Assembly (NCBI RefSeq): GCF_000143415.4
Contig: NW_003314268.1
Location: forward strand, 3,790,559-3,854,558
Length of the DNA: 64,000 nucleotides
Origin: Selaginella moellendorffii
Lineage: Eukaryota > Plantae > Lycopodiophyta
Direction of reading: 5' to 3'
The translations under genes and the position numbers were made by a program. Shown piece by piece: positions 24,718 through 38,094 of this stretch. Under the pieces are notes generated by a model, which made no database searches, was not told where the DNA came from, and saw only the letters and a list, made by a program, of their open reading frames with translations. The stretch's first letter is position 1, and each line of letters begins with the position of its first letter.

Positions 24718-26339
24718 CTACGAAAAAGAAGAGAAATTGTAGTTCTCCTCTCTGCCTCCCAAATAGCAGCTGACCTTCTTTACCTCGATTCCAGCGGCTG
24801 CATAGTCGTTCATGATCCTCAACCTTGCGTCGCCCAAAGTTTCCCCATGGACAGTGATGCTGAATGTGCTGAATTTGACCAGTGGAACCACAAACACAAG
24901 CTCCAAGCTGCCGTCCTTGTACACACTCCAGAGGAAATCAAATGCTTTGGTCCAGCCAGGCCTTTGGCCATACGGGAAGAGCCCCTCGTCTCTTCTCTTG
25001 TCAGATACCATCAGCTGGAGAACTCTTCTGCCGCAGATGATGTCCCAGTCCGTGTTGTCGCGATCCTTCAGCTTGATGACAGTGTGATCAAGCTGTTCCG
25101 GAGTCATATCTTTCGGAAACTCCGTCTCAATAATCATCAGATCCATAGCCTTGATGAAAGACTTTGCCCGCTCCTCTGGCCCAGACGGGCCTTTCTTGTT
25201 CATCATCACAGAGAGCGCGCAGCAGCCATGCAGCAGCAGCAGGTGGAACTTCCTGTCAAAGAACTCAGCGTACAACCGTTCTCGGAATCTGCTGTGGCTC
25301 GATCGTAGTTCAGAACTCTGTCCAGAACGTCAATGTTAAGAAACGCCACTAGCTTCTCTATGACATACGACGTGGCCAGCTTCTTGGTGGCAACGGCGTA
25401 AGCATCGTCGTCCTTGACTGTTATGTGGTAGACAAGATCTGAGGCATAGCCATCCTGACCAGCATTGGCCACAAAGAGCCTCTTTCTATCACACACGGTG
25501 CAAGCAATGCTGTGAATCGCGTCCTCAAGCTCTTTCCCCTGATGTATGTTAGTCTTGGATAGCACATGCCTCGGGACGCCTCCCCACTTGTCAAACCTGT
25601 CATCTACCTCAGCCTTTGGATGCTTGAACACCTGATCATTGAGTGTGTGGATTTCTTCACGAGACCACATCGGGACAAAAAGCCTGATCACATCATCTCC
25701 TTTGAAGAAGTGGTGGTGATTTTACCAACCTGGTGAGGTGGCTATAACGACCTTGCAAGGCCGACTCCAGTAGTTCTTATCAATCTTCCAGTCTGCCAGG
25801 TACCACACCTTGCCTTCCTCTTCGGAATACACCCAAGTTGCAGCAACGACGGGGTCCATAGTTGATGAAACTTTGCCGTCCTTGTCAAAGGCATAGTACA
25901 TCTCGGATTCCCTGAACTTGAGGACAATGCGGTTCCAGCAACACTTGTGAAGGAGCTCCCACAACACAATGAAGAGAAAGCTGGACTTGCCGATCCCGAG
26001 CGTGCCCAGCACAACCACGGAAGCTAGCCTTGACGTCTCACTGTGCGCCCAGATCAAGTCAAGGATTTTGCCATAGCAGCTCCTCACGTACACCAGCGGC
26101 TCATGCTTGCTTGAGTATCGCCAGAGTTCCGCGAGCACTATTGGCAGCTGCAGAAACTTACCCCCGGGCTTGTCGAGCAGCGGCGTCTGTGAGAAGGCTT
26201 CCAGCTGCTTGTGCTGGGCGTCAGTGATCGCCGCTGCTTTCTCTCACAGATCTTGGAGATCCTGGAGACCTCACGACCAGCCCGGGATGGGGGCACGCTG
26301 AGCCGCTGGGATGCACGCCGCCAGGAGCCTCGCCGTCAT
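24718..26339 (-). pseudogene. Crinkler/RHS-type NTPase+REase pseudogene (copy 2)
   Basis: Full-length paralog of 38095-39699 with CGA>TGA at ~26244-46, TAA at 25722-24 and a 1-bp frameshift at ~25274. Confidence 0.9.
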
Positions 26340-27630
26340 CCTCAAAATAATATTCTTAGGTTAAGTTTATGTTTATTTATGACACTTTCACTATGAATAT
26401 AGAATATGTTTTCCCAGATTATTTATATAGTTACAAATTTTATTACATGAATAGTTGCAAGTGAGTGTGGAAAAAGTGAGTTTCCTTTATTGATTGGTTA
26501 ATTCTACAACTTTGGTTGTGTATGTATGTAAAACTTATACATAGTAAGGGTCCTTTGTGGCCAACCCAGAAAGAATATTTATACATACTTGAGTTAGAAA
26601 GTAATCAGTATAAAATTAGGTGAGTAGATTAAATAAACACTTGGTTTATTTTCATAAAAAAAAGATATCAGAAATGCTTTTTGAGAACCATGTGTTTTTT
26701 TTAAGATTGGCCATTACGTTACACTTCTATTTTCTCCTAACATGGCTTTCATGAAAAGAGCATGCCAATAGGGATTCTAATGCCATGAAATGTTCTATTT
26801 TCAAACTATATTAAAAGCATTTGACTTTGTGAATTTGGGGATTTATTATATCAATCACAGATTTAGAGCATCTAATAAAATTAATATTGGAAAAAATTTA
26901 TTTAGGGTTTTCATTTTAATAAGCCAGTTTTCTTTTCATTATTTTTCTACTTTGCTAGCAATAATTTTTTTTTCCTTCAAGATTTTATTTTCCCACTAAA
27001 CAGTATTAAAGAAATTGAAGTAAAAAGCTTAAAGATCTTTTATTGTAACTTTTATGAGTGATTTGATTAATTGATTAAAAAAATCTCTGTTATTTTCCTA
27101 ATAAATTTTCAAGTTTTTGCAAAAAAATATATTTCTGGTTAAAATAATAAAATAATAAAGTATACTTTAAATTTAAAAAATAATTAAAAATTAATATCAC
27201 AAATAGTCTTTTATTTTATTAGTAGTCCAAGACTACCCATACCATAGTCCCATCTCTCAAAAATTAGGCCAGCTATCCATGAGTGGTCATCCCATTATTG
27301 TGAATGTAATTATTTTTATGTTGTGGAAGGCTTAGTAAAGATATTTATTGAAAATAAAATTTTGTAAAACATAAAGTTTTGAAAATATATTATAATGTTC
27401 TCTATCTTTTAAATTAGCAAGCTATTTGAGTGCATGGAATATGGAAAGGGAATACAGAAATGTGCATATCCATTAACCCAAAAACCCTAGCTTATATATA
27501 GGAGCGAGCGGTCCGGATTGAAACCAATCCGACGGCTACCAAAATCCACTACGCTAATATTAGTATACAGCATCGTAGCCGTACACTTGGCCCTCACATC
27601 ATCCCCTCCTCTCGGAATAATGGAAGGCCG

Positions 27631-30600
27631 TCAGGGTTCTCTTGTAGATGGGCCGGGATCTAGAGGAACATCAGGAGGAGGCATCGGTGGATCTGTAGAC
27701 GGTATTAACTGCTCCTGATCCCTTTGTATGAAGCGTTTTAACCGCTGCACATGCACAATCTCCGGAGGATCGACCTGCTGAACGTCATGCCGAACCTCAT
27801 AAACCTGTGGTCCAACTTGCCGCAACACCCGATACGGTCCTTTCCACTGCGCAAGGAGCCCCTTAGATAAACCACGTACCGTAAGATGGGGAAAACGGAC
27901 TAACACCAAATCATCCACTTTGTACTCCGCTGGTGGACGATGATGGGAATTGTAGCGCCGTTGTTGTCCCACTTGTACGCGGCCTAAGTGTTCAGCAGAC
28001 TCTGCTCGGACAAGTGGAAGAATGCTTGTCAAATATTGATCCCATGACCTAGCATCAGGAGCTCGTGGCAATCGTGAAGGTAAACCCAGCTCTGTTGGTA
28101 ATATTGGATCATGACCATATAGAAGTTTATATGGTGAAGCACCAACAGAACTCTGCACCCCTGTGACATATGCATACCAAAGAGACGGTAAATAACCATC
28201 CCAATCCGAATGTTGAAAGTTCACATACTTCGCAATCATCCCTTTGAATGTCCGAACGAGCCGTTCCACCAGACCGTCTGATTGTGGATGATAAGCACTC
28301 GTAAAAGTGTGGCGTATCCCCAACCGAGATGTCAAAACATGAAATACCTCAGCCATAAATGCAGGACCATTATCCGAAAGAATCCGTTCTGGACAAGAAT
28401 GCTGGAACACCACTCGATTGAGGAGGAAGTATCCAACAGCAGTTGCAGAGGCACTAGCAAGAGCACCAACTTCCACCCAACGAGTCAAGTAGTCAGAAGC
28501 AATAATAACATATTCATTGCCAGCAGTCGACCGCGGAAAAGGTCCCATAAGATCAAACGCCACCAACTCAAACGGACGAGAAACTGTAATTGACTCCAAC
28601 CGTCCTTCCACAGCACAAGGGGGAGTATTACGAGCTTGGCACCAAACGCAGCTACGCACATACCGGATAATATCACATCGCATCTCTGGCTAATAGAAAG
28701 ATCTGCGCAGCTTCTCGGTGACACGACGGTGTCCCATATGCCCACCTAGAATAGGAGAATCATGGTAGGCATGGAGAAACCGTGGAACAAACACCGAAGG
28801 CACCACCAGCCGTAAATGAGCATCAGGATCCGTCCCCACAAAATAAAGAAGGCCATCTTCAAGGCGATATTGAGAATGTAAATGCCGAAAAGGCAAGTCA
28901 TCAGCAAGTGATGCAGGATTCTCAAACCCATCTCGAAGCCTTCGAATCCACGGCTCAATCTTTTGAGCCTCGCGAACCTCATCCAGAGAAGGTAGATCTT
29001 GCTCTACACCCTGTGGACACTGAACGTCAAGGACAGCAACTGCCGACGGCATAGAATCCTCATCTAGAAAATCCACAGATGCTGGAACAACAGGTTCGTC
29101 AGAAACATGAGAAGTGAGTGGAGAAGGAAGAGGAGCTCGAGAAAGGGCATCAGCATCAGCCAAAGAACTCCCTGGGCGATGAACAACATCGAAATCATAT
29201 ATCTGAAGCTTCAAAGCCCATCGAGCCGTACGACCAACCAGGTTCTTCCGCTTCAATAATGAAGTAACAACAGCATGGTCACCTTCAAGTAACGTCCGAG
29301 AACCATGTAGATAGGCATGAAGTTTCTCGAAACCCCAGACTGCTGCTAAACACTCCTTCTCCGTCGTGGAGTAGTTCATCTCCGCTGGTTGTAATGTACG
29401 GCTTATGTATGCAATGGGATGGCGCTGACCAGGCACACTCGAGCTCTCTTGCATCAACACACCTCCAAGACCAATGTCAGAAGCATCCACGCGTAAAATA
29501 AAAGGTTGAGTGTAGTCAGGATATGCCAAAACCGGAGGAGTCGTCAATAGCTCTTTGAGATTCACGAACGCCCACTCACAATCGGGAGACCAGATGAAAG
29601 ATGACGTTGATGACCTCAGCAACGCTCGCAATGGTAAAGTGCGATCAGAAAGATGATCCACAAAACGACCGAGATACTGCACCTTACCCAAAAAACGCTG
29701 CACATCATTCACACACTTTGGAGTAGGGAACTTTAGAACAGCCACAAGTTTGTCAGGATCAACTTGCAAACCCTCACGAGAAATATGGTACCCAAGATAA
29801 GTTGTGTCCTTGGACCCAAACACGCACTTCGACCGCTTCAACTTTAAACCAACGTCGCGTAGCCGATCCAACACTTTACAAACATCACGAACATGCTCCT
29901 CCCACGTCCCCTCCGAGTGGATCAAGACATCATCAATGAAGTCAGCCGTCACCTCCGGCATATCGCAAAGAACCTCGTCCATCATCCGCTGAAAAGTTGC
30001 TGGAGCATTGTTCAAACCAAATGGCATCACCAAAAACTCGTACAAACCAAATGGTGTACGAAAAGCAGTCTTAGGAATATCGTCTTCAGCCATCGGTACT
30101 TGCCAATACCCAGAAGCAAGATCTAGCTTGGTGAACCAACGACTTCGCCCCAGACGATCCAAGAGATCAGCAGTGTGAGGAAGAGGGTACACGTCCGGGA
30201 TCGTCACTTCATTTAACGGATGATAGTCGATGCAAAAACGAATACTCCCATCAGGCTTCGTCACAAGATGAGGTTCACATGCCCAAGGACTCCGCGACTT
30301 CCGAATAACACCCTTCTCCAACATCTCCTTGACGTTTGCACGTAAAATCTTGATCTCCTTGGGTGACTGACCACGAACAGGAACCTTGATTGGACGAGCA
30401 TCCCCGGTTGGAATGGGATGACATGTGGCAATCTTGGCCCCAGACGATAGGTCAAATTCAAAGAGATCAAAATACTCCTTCATGAGCTGGTCAACAGCTG
30501 CAACACAAAGATCATCGGAGGGATCGAAAAAGGGAAGAGCAGAACAAGATGGAAACACAAGAGGAAATAATGGGGGAACAAAAGTAATGGAAGCAGAGGT

Positions 30601-31119
30601 AGAAGTAGAGGGACGAAGAGGTACGGAAGTGAGAGGAATGGATGAAACATAAGGAAGTATGAGATAAGGGGGAAAAGCCTCAAAGTCACACTTGGCATGA
30701 TTGTGCTGCAACCAATCCATACCAAGAATGAGGTCAAAAGCTTGACTCGGCACCACCCGCAACGACTGCAACTCAAGCTCGAGATCGCCCACACACACAA
30801 CCAGGTCCGCCTCATCTCGTGCACATGCATGTGTACGGCCGTTGCCATAAAGAATGAAAACTGGATCCGCCGCACGACGCAAGTGTAGACGACAACGTGT
30901 GGCAACAGGTCGAGCAATAGAAGATAAACTCGAACCTGTATCAACCAACACGGAGAGAAGAATAGGAGACCTCTTGTTATAAAAACGAGCTTGGAAAGTA
31001 AACACTGGATGAACCGGTGCCGAGTGAACCCCTTGATGATACTCCTGAAAGAAAGATGGAGGGGTCACTAACTTATTCGCGCAAGGTCCCTCCATTACTC
31101 GCGCGACTCCTCGTTTCCC
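27631..31119 (-). pseudogene. pol of the Selgy-like Ty3 element; -1 frame, one TGG>TAG stop at 28690-92
   Basis: PR-RT-RH ORF 28690-31230 and integrase ORF 27631-28683 are in the same frame (RRSFY*PEMRCD, cf. FYWP). Confidence 0.9.
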
Positions 31120-32027
31120 GAATGCACCTCGGTATCCAAACCTTCCACCGCAGCAGCACCAACGGGACGTTGCTGACGCCAAGGTCTCCACCCAGGAAAT
31201 GGAGGTCGCCAATCCGGAAAGCGCCGACAATGCCGATAAGTATGACCAACTTCATCACACGCCCAGCAACGAATGTCACGGCCACGACCACGTCCTCGCC
31301 CTTGTCCTTGGACTCGAGTAGCAGCAGCATCAACCTCCATGGGAACAGGACCATCACTCATAGGAAGTGGAGCTGAAGGACGTGTAGCAAGAAGTGGAAG
31401 AGGCGACGTCTCATAACGTTGTGCCAAGCGAAGAGCATCGTCAAGAGTGGCAGGAGCAAGTGCATGCACAAGTCCGACAAGATCTTGACGAAGTGCTGGC
31501 CACAGCATTCCTAGCTTGATCCGCTCCGACATATTTGGCTCCGCACGAAGCAAAAGACTTCGGAAACGAACGCCAAATTGCATCACCGACTCAGATGGCC
31601 CTTGGCGAAGACGATGCAATTGTTGGAAGGCATCATCACAATTGTCGGCGTGTCCGAAGGCGCGTTTGAAGACGTCCGGAAGAACACTCCAATCGCCACG
31701 AGTAGCTGCGCTCAATCCATTGTACCACTGCAATGCCGTCCCTTGAAGACATGTGGGGAACTCACGCAAACGTCGAGCATCATCCCAAGAATGATATGTG
31801 GCAATCACCGTGAAGTGATCGAACCAATGGTACACATCATCCCCAGGATTCCCACGAAAGAACTCTGGCCGAACGCGAGGATTGGCACCAAAAGCAAGAG
31901 GAGTTGTACCATGTGCCGTGAACGCCGCCATCAACTGAGTTTGGTTGTTCAATTGCAAGCGCATAGCATCAAGCAATTGAACCAACTGCTGCTCTAGAGT
32001 CAAAGGAGGAGATTGCGGATCGGCCAT
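31095..32027 (-). CDS. gag of the Selgy-like Ty3 element
   Basis: Open 310-aa ORF with retrotransposon gag capsid motifs, PVPMEVD and a CCHC knuckle. Confidence 0.85.
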   Translation of the reverse strand: MADPQSPPLTLEQQLVQLLDAMRLQLNNQTQLMAAFTAHGTTPLAFGANPRVRPEFFRGNPGDDVYHWFDHFTVIATYHSWDDARRLREFPTCLQGTALQWYNGLSAATRGDWSVLPDVFKRAFGHADNCDDAFQQLHRLRQGPSESVMQFGVRFRSLLLRAEPNMSERIKLGMLWPALRQDLVGLVHALAPATLDDALRLAQRYETSPLPLLATRPSAPLPMSDGPVPMEVDAAATRVQGQGRGRGRGRDIRCWACDEVGHTYRHCRRFPDWRPPFPGWRPWRQQRPVGAAAVEGLDTEVHSGNEESRE

Positions 32028-32821
32028 GAAAATGAATGAGAAAGAAAGAGCAAAAGAAGAGAAATGACAAAAAGCTGGAAAGAAATGGTAGATCTAGACA
32101 ATGCAAAAAGCTAGATCTAAACCAAAATCCTGAAAGGAAAGAACAAAATAAAGGAAATGGAAAAAGCTAGATCTAGACAATGCAAAAGCTAGATCTAAAC
32201 CGAAATCCCAAATCCAAGCACTCCCTAGGGACAATCAAAGGTGCCCCTCATCTCCACCAATGTGAGTGCATGGAATATGGAAAGGGAATACAAAAATGTG
32301 CATATCCATTAACCCAAAAACCCTAGATTATATATAGGAGCGAGTGGTCCGGATTGAAACCAATCCGACGGCTACCAAAATCCACTACCCTAATATTAGT
32401 ATACGGCATCGTAGCCGTACACTTGGCCCTCACAGCTAAAATTTCTTTATAATAACTACATTTGTTTTTATTATAATTTACTATAATTATTTTCTTGATT
32501 AATATCAAATATCTCAAAATTTCAGGAAAAATAAAAAATCAGATTCTAATTTAAGAGATTAATTAAAATAATACAAAAGTGAATATTTCAAAACATTTTA
32601 AAGAAAATTTAAAACTTTAAAAATTTACTTAATAAAATTCTCAAGAAATTCTAAATAATAAAATTATATAAGAATTTATTGCTCTATAATTTGGAACCAT
32701 TACTTTTGTTATAAGTATAAAAATTAAATTTCTTGCAATCTTTATAGATATCATATATATATACACACATGTACATATATATACATATATACATATATTT
32801 AAAATATATTTAAGCTTGTAA

Positions 32822-34070
32822 TATGAGTGTATGGAACATGGAAATGGTATACAAAAATGTGTATATTAATTAGCCCAAAAACCCTAGCTTATGAATTGAA
32901 ACCAATTTGATGGCTACTAAAAACCCACTATGCTAATATTAGTATACAGCATTGTAGTTGTACATTTGAACCTCACATCATCCCCTCCTCTTGGAATGAT
33001 GGAAGACTGTCAAAGTTCTTTTGTGGATAGGCCGAAATCTAGAGGAACATGAGGAAGAGACATTAGTGGATCTGTATGTGATATCAATTATTCCTAATCC
33101 CTTTGTATGAAGTGTTTCAATTGTTGTATATGCATAATTTTTGAAGGATCGACTTGCTAAACATCATGCCAAACCTCATAAATTTGTAGTCCCACTTGTC
33201 GTAACACTTGATACAGTCTTTTCCACTAAACAAAGAGCCCTTTAGATAAATCACGTACTGTAAGATTGGGGAAATAGACTAACACCAAGTTATCCATTTT
33301 GTACTTTGTTAGTGGATGATAATAGAAGTTATAGTGTCATTGTTATCCCACTTGTATGTGGCCCAAGTGTTTGGCAAAATTTTCATGGACAAGTGAAAGA
33401 CTATTAGTTAAATATTAATCCCAAGACTTAGCATTGGCAGCTTATGGTAATTGTAAAGGTAAACTTTACTTTGTTGTTAAAATTGAATTATAACCATATA
33501 GAAGTTTATATGGTGAAACATTAATAAAATCTTGCACCCCTATAACATACATATACTGAAGAGACAATAAATAACCTCAATCAAAATAATACATCAATAT
33601 TCAATCAAATACTAATGTTCTTTTTCAAACTCCTCTTCTTTTTTCTCTCTCTTCTCATATTTTTAACGAACATGTTATTCTAGCACTATTGCATAGGATT
33701 GAGCAATTCCACTAATTACTGCTCCAGAGTCAAAGGGGGAGAAAGTTGCTATTTTGCCATTAAGAGGAAAGAGCGAAAGAGAAGAAGGTGAGAAAAACTA
33801 TAAGAAAAAGGGAGATCTAGACAATGCAAAAGTTAAAATTAAATTAAAATCCCAAATCCAAACACTCCTTGAGGATAATCAAAACTACCCTTCAACTCCA
33901 CTAATGTGAGTGCATGGAATATAGAAAGAAAATATAGTATCAATTAGCCCAAAGAGCCTAGTTTATATACAAAAGTGAGTGATTCAAATTGAAACCAATC
34001 TAATAGCTACCAAAATCCCACTATACTAATATTAATATATGGCATTATAGCCATACACTTGGACCTCATA
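32822..34070 (-). mobile_element. Old, internally deleted non-autonomous relative of the Selgy-like element
   Basis: LTRs 32822-32977 and 33905-34070 are homologous to the 174-bp LTRs. Decayed PBS, gag 5' end and integrase 3' end are retained. 4-bp TSD gtaa/gcaa. Confidence 0.85.
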
Positions 34071-36443
34071 GCAAGAAATTTATTTTGGATTTAGATTATA
34101 TGCATAGCTACTAATTTAAAACTTAAGCATTACATTAACAAATCCTTCATGAAGTCTTTTTTTTTTGGAAACTCTATGTATATATTATAAATTTTATAAC
34201 CATTTTTAAATGAATTTTGGTTTCTTATGATTTTTTCTCAAGATTTTAAATCCATTTATTTCCAAATGAACATCTTTTAGAAGCTAATTTACCACTAATG
34301 TTTAAAAAAATAATATTAAATATATAATATTATTTTGATAAATATTAGTCTGTAAATTTGATTTCTGTGAGTGTTATATCCAAAGCTCAATCTAGCATTG
34401 ATTCAAATGTAATAAAAAAAATAAATGGAATAAAATTATGTAGAAATAGAGATTAATATTCATTTACAACCATTCAGTGTTGCTTTCCTAGAGGCTAGAT
34501 TGTGCTATTTTACTTGTGTGAAAGCTCCTCTTCAAAAGAGTCCAGAGTCTCTATTTATTACTTATATAGAAGTTTCAATTTTGCAATATTATAAATCATG
34601 TCAACTGAAGTATTGTTCATTGCAAAAGTAACATGTGTAATTGAGAAAAATGAAACATATGATAAGAAACTTATATTCATGTATAGCAATTTCTACTATA
34701 TCTCTAGCCATTCCTCTAGTTTGTGATTGTCTACAATGCATATTAATTTTTTCAATTTTAAAGACTTTGCATGTTAAATTTTGTGCTTGATTTGTACAAG
34801 CTCAATGGAGAGCTCTTCATGACTCATCCACTTAAATGATCCACCAAGATAACCACAACCACTTCTCTTACACAAAACTTGTAAAGTCCTTTTTGTATAG
34901 TGCACTTGTTTTATCCAATATTTGCACTTGAACTTTTCCTTTCTAAGCATACCACAGCTTGCAAAACTTGTATTCCGGAAGAGTTTGTTCCACCCTTTCT
35001 ACAGCATTTGTATAAATTTCCCTATATTGCTTATTGAAAATCCAAATGCTAGAATCCTCAATTCTAAATTATGAGCACTTGCCTATTGATGCCTTTAGCT
35101 CTTCCAAACATTACATTGCTCTTGCTTCCAACTCAAGTTTATTCTTTGGTATTGATGATCTTGTATTTTGTTCCTTTTACAAGATCCTCAAGCAGTACCT
35201 TATGACCCTAGGATCATATTTGGCATGAGATTCAATTTTACACCAAGAGTTGTTGAGCACACAAGATCATCTTTTTTTTGCATGTGCTTGACAGCTCTTT
35301 CATTGTGTTAGATCATCCCAGTTAGTTTAAAAATTTCGAAGTACAAAGCTAGGAAAATAGAAATACATACACATCATGTATTGATGGTAGTTGATAGCTA
35401 GTGAGTAGAGATGTCAATGGTTGGCAGTTGCTTGTGTTTTATTTTTACAACATTATGATTCTTGAATTCTTCTAGCCCAAGTTCTTCATTTAAATGCAAT
35501 TGGCTCCTTCATGGATGCCAGGAATGTCACCACTTTGGATCAATCACCTCAAATTTGCAAAGGATAAGGAACTCCTTTCAAAGGATCATGCTGAGCAATA
35601 TGTCTATGCTAAGAGGCAACTTTTTCTTTTCATTGTTCTAGCATATTTATATGATGCTAATGCTGAGATCTGCACCTAGAGCATGGCAGTATGGGGAATT
35701 GCCTAACCTAGCTGAGCTTGGAAGCATTCTAGTTAGGATTTGAACTACTGTAAATTTATATTAAACCTTGCCAACCATATTTCAAAAAGTTGTATAACTT
35801 TCACATTTGTAAAAACTGGTTCAAAAGAATTTAGTTATGAGGTATTATTTTGTGCTGTATCATACATTCACCCAAAGGTGCTAAACCTTGTACCCCAAAA
35901 ACCGAGACTACTCTATGTTCTAGACGTTTTTGAAAGATCTATAGCCACAATGACCAAGATAGATATTGTGGCAATCAAGGAGCTAAAAAAGCAATGTAGA
36001 GACAAGATTTTTGCAATAGATTTCTATTCCAATTCATTCAAAGTTGACGAATCTAGATCTCTTGCACGGTCACTAGTTCTACAGGTGAACAAGTGAGCAG
36101 CAAGTAGTCATCTTTGACATTTGTGTAATATTTGTGTACAGATGATTTTCATTAAAATTAAAAAAATCTAATCATATTTATGGCTTATTATATCCTTTAG
36201 AGTTAATGTGTGCACCTCAGTCGGCTTCACACCTTGGAGATCCATCTCCTGTTAGAGCAGCAGCGCTTGATTGCTGTGGCCATGTGAGTTCGCTCTTTTC
36301 TCTGATTCTCATCTCGAGCACTAACACTTGCTCCTTGTTTCAGAGAAAACAGATCCAGAATGAAAACCAAAACCAAAAAAATGGAATGGTGCAACGGATG
36401 ATAATTCGGTAAAACATGATAATGACCATGTGGTTCTAAATAT

Positions 36444-36749
36444 CTAACAACGAAAAATAAGAGAAATCATCCTACAACATGCTGAGTTGCTAGATGAAGT
36501 TCTCGTCTTTGCCTCCCAAATAGCAGCTGGTATGCCTCGAGCATTGCTCACAGTCACCGGCCAGGCAGACATATGCGGTAGATGCTCCGAGGCATCAGCG
36601 CCAGAGCTCACACCCAGCAGCGCATAGAGATCTGCTGTTGCACCACATGCGTAGGAGGAGGAGCAGTGCGTGACCCCAGCCTTGCAGTTCCTCCTCCTCT
36701 CAGCTTCTGGAAGACGAAAAGGGAGAGATCCTTGCAAAAAACTAGACAT
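36444..36749 (-). pseudogene. Chimeric fragment: J-protein 5' half (HPD lost) fused to the CRN-like 3' tail
   Basis: 36530-36749 matches the 7244-7747 gene. 36444-36530 and the downstream flank match the CRN 3' end and flank (gcctcccaaatagcagctg). Confidence 0.8.
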
Positions 36750-38094
36750 CCTTTTTCTGCAGCTCTACTTTATAAAGGCCGAAAGATTCCACGAATATAC
36801 TTATGGTTAATCTAAATAAAATCGCACATTTTATATTATCAGATTTCATGGATAAGCACACATGTTGGACACCAACACGTGAGATCCGGAATCTCGAGTG
36901 CCCATGGCGAAGAGATTCCTGGCTGCACTGCTGGCCCGCCCGACGTCTGCATGAACCAATCAATTGTTCTACACTTTTACGACTAGTCAATAACTATAGT
37001 TGGCTAATCGGCCAATCGCTGTTTGGAAGGGTTGAAACCAACCTTGAGTATACTACAATGAGGAAGGGATGTTTTGGGTTTAAATTTTTTTTATTAGTGT
37101 TGCATCTATATTTTTTTTTCCAGCACAACTCGTAATAGAATTAAACAAGATAAAAATCACAAGATTAAAATCTGGTCAATGGGCAATGAAATAGCTTCCT
37201 AGAGAGCATTTTTGGGGCCATAGCTAATGCATATTTTGCACAAACTTATAATCAAAAAGGCAATTAAGGCACTAATATAGATTAGAGCTAGCTACAACAT
37301 ATGTAGAGGAGATTCTAAGGTCTCTAAAATCTTGAGTATAAGAGTAGGGAGTAATGGGGACCGTGGCAGAGATGTTCCTCAGGTATGATTCGTTCGAGAT
37401 CACCAACGATTCGTTCATCACCTCATCCTCAAGGATTTTGTGTTTAATAACATTTATTAAAGTGTGCTTAACTATTTGACCTACAATTGTATTTTTTTAT
37501 CAATGTAATGAGTACTTTGGAATGCTAATATATATATATACATTCCTCAATATCCCATAAGGACTAAAACAATATCAAGAGCACATTCTCATAAAGAAAA
37601 ATGAGTGAAATTACAAGCACAAACAGATGGTAATACTTTTGGGCTATTTGCCTCCCATGTGACTCCACTACAAGACTTGAAACCACCTGCTATGCTTCAT
37701 TACATGTGAGACTTATTATAGAGTGCTCCACTAATTTGAAGCACTCTAGTTACTTTTATTCTATCACTTTATTCAAAAGGTGCTAAACCTTGTACCAAAA
37801 CAAATGCTTATAAAAGATTTATAGCATGACGACCAAGATAGAGATTGTGGCAATCGAGTTAAAAAAGAAATAGACTTTTTCAATAGATTTCTATTCCAAT
37901 TCAGTGTTCTTCAAAGTTGACGAATTTAGATCTCTGACACAGTCAACTAATTTTACAGGTGAACAGGTTTACAGCAAATAGTCACCTTTGACATTTATGT
38001 ATAAAATTTTAAAAATCTAATCACTTTTATGACTTTTCTGTACCATTATATCCTTTAGAGTGACTGAATAATGTTTGATAATGACCATGTCGTT

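Larger units (their letters stand above)
27425..32434 (-). mobile_element. Full-length non-chromovirus Ty3/gypsy element (candidate Selgy-like lineage) with 174-bp LTRs
   Basis: LTRs 32261-32434 (5') and 27425-27598 (3'). 4-bp TSD GCTA, with the empty site seen at ~40770. PBS TGGTGGAGATGAGGGG, matching the tRNA-Ala 3' end with one mismatch. PPT GAGAGGAGGGGA. Gag CWACDEVGHTYRHC, protease LVDTGS, RT FIDD, RNase H, integrase with GPY and no chromodomain. Confidence 0.95.
23662..36953 (+). repeat. Tandem duplication unit 1 (~8.3 kb plus an inserted 5 kb Ty3 element)
   Basis: Colinear with 36954-45351: flank, CRN-like gene, AT-rich spacer, deleted Ty3 derivative, CRN 3' tail/J-protein fragment, PPR 3' end. 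Confidence 0.9.

Noticed and set aside
34600-35740. Decayed coding-like sequence on the minus strand (also 43150-44200)
   Set aside because: Many stops and no motif I can assign.
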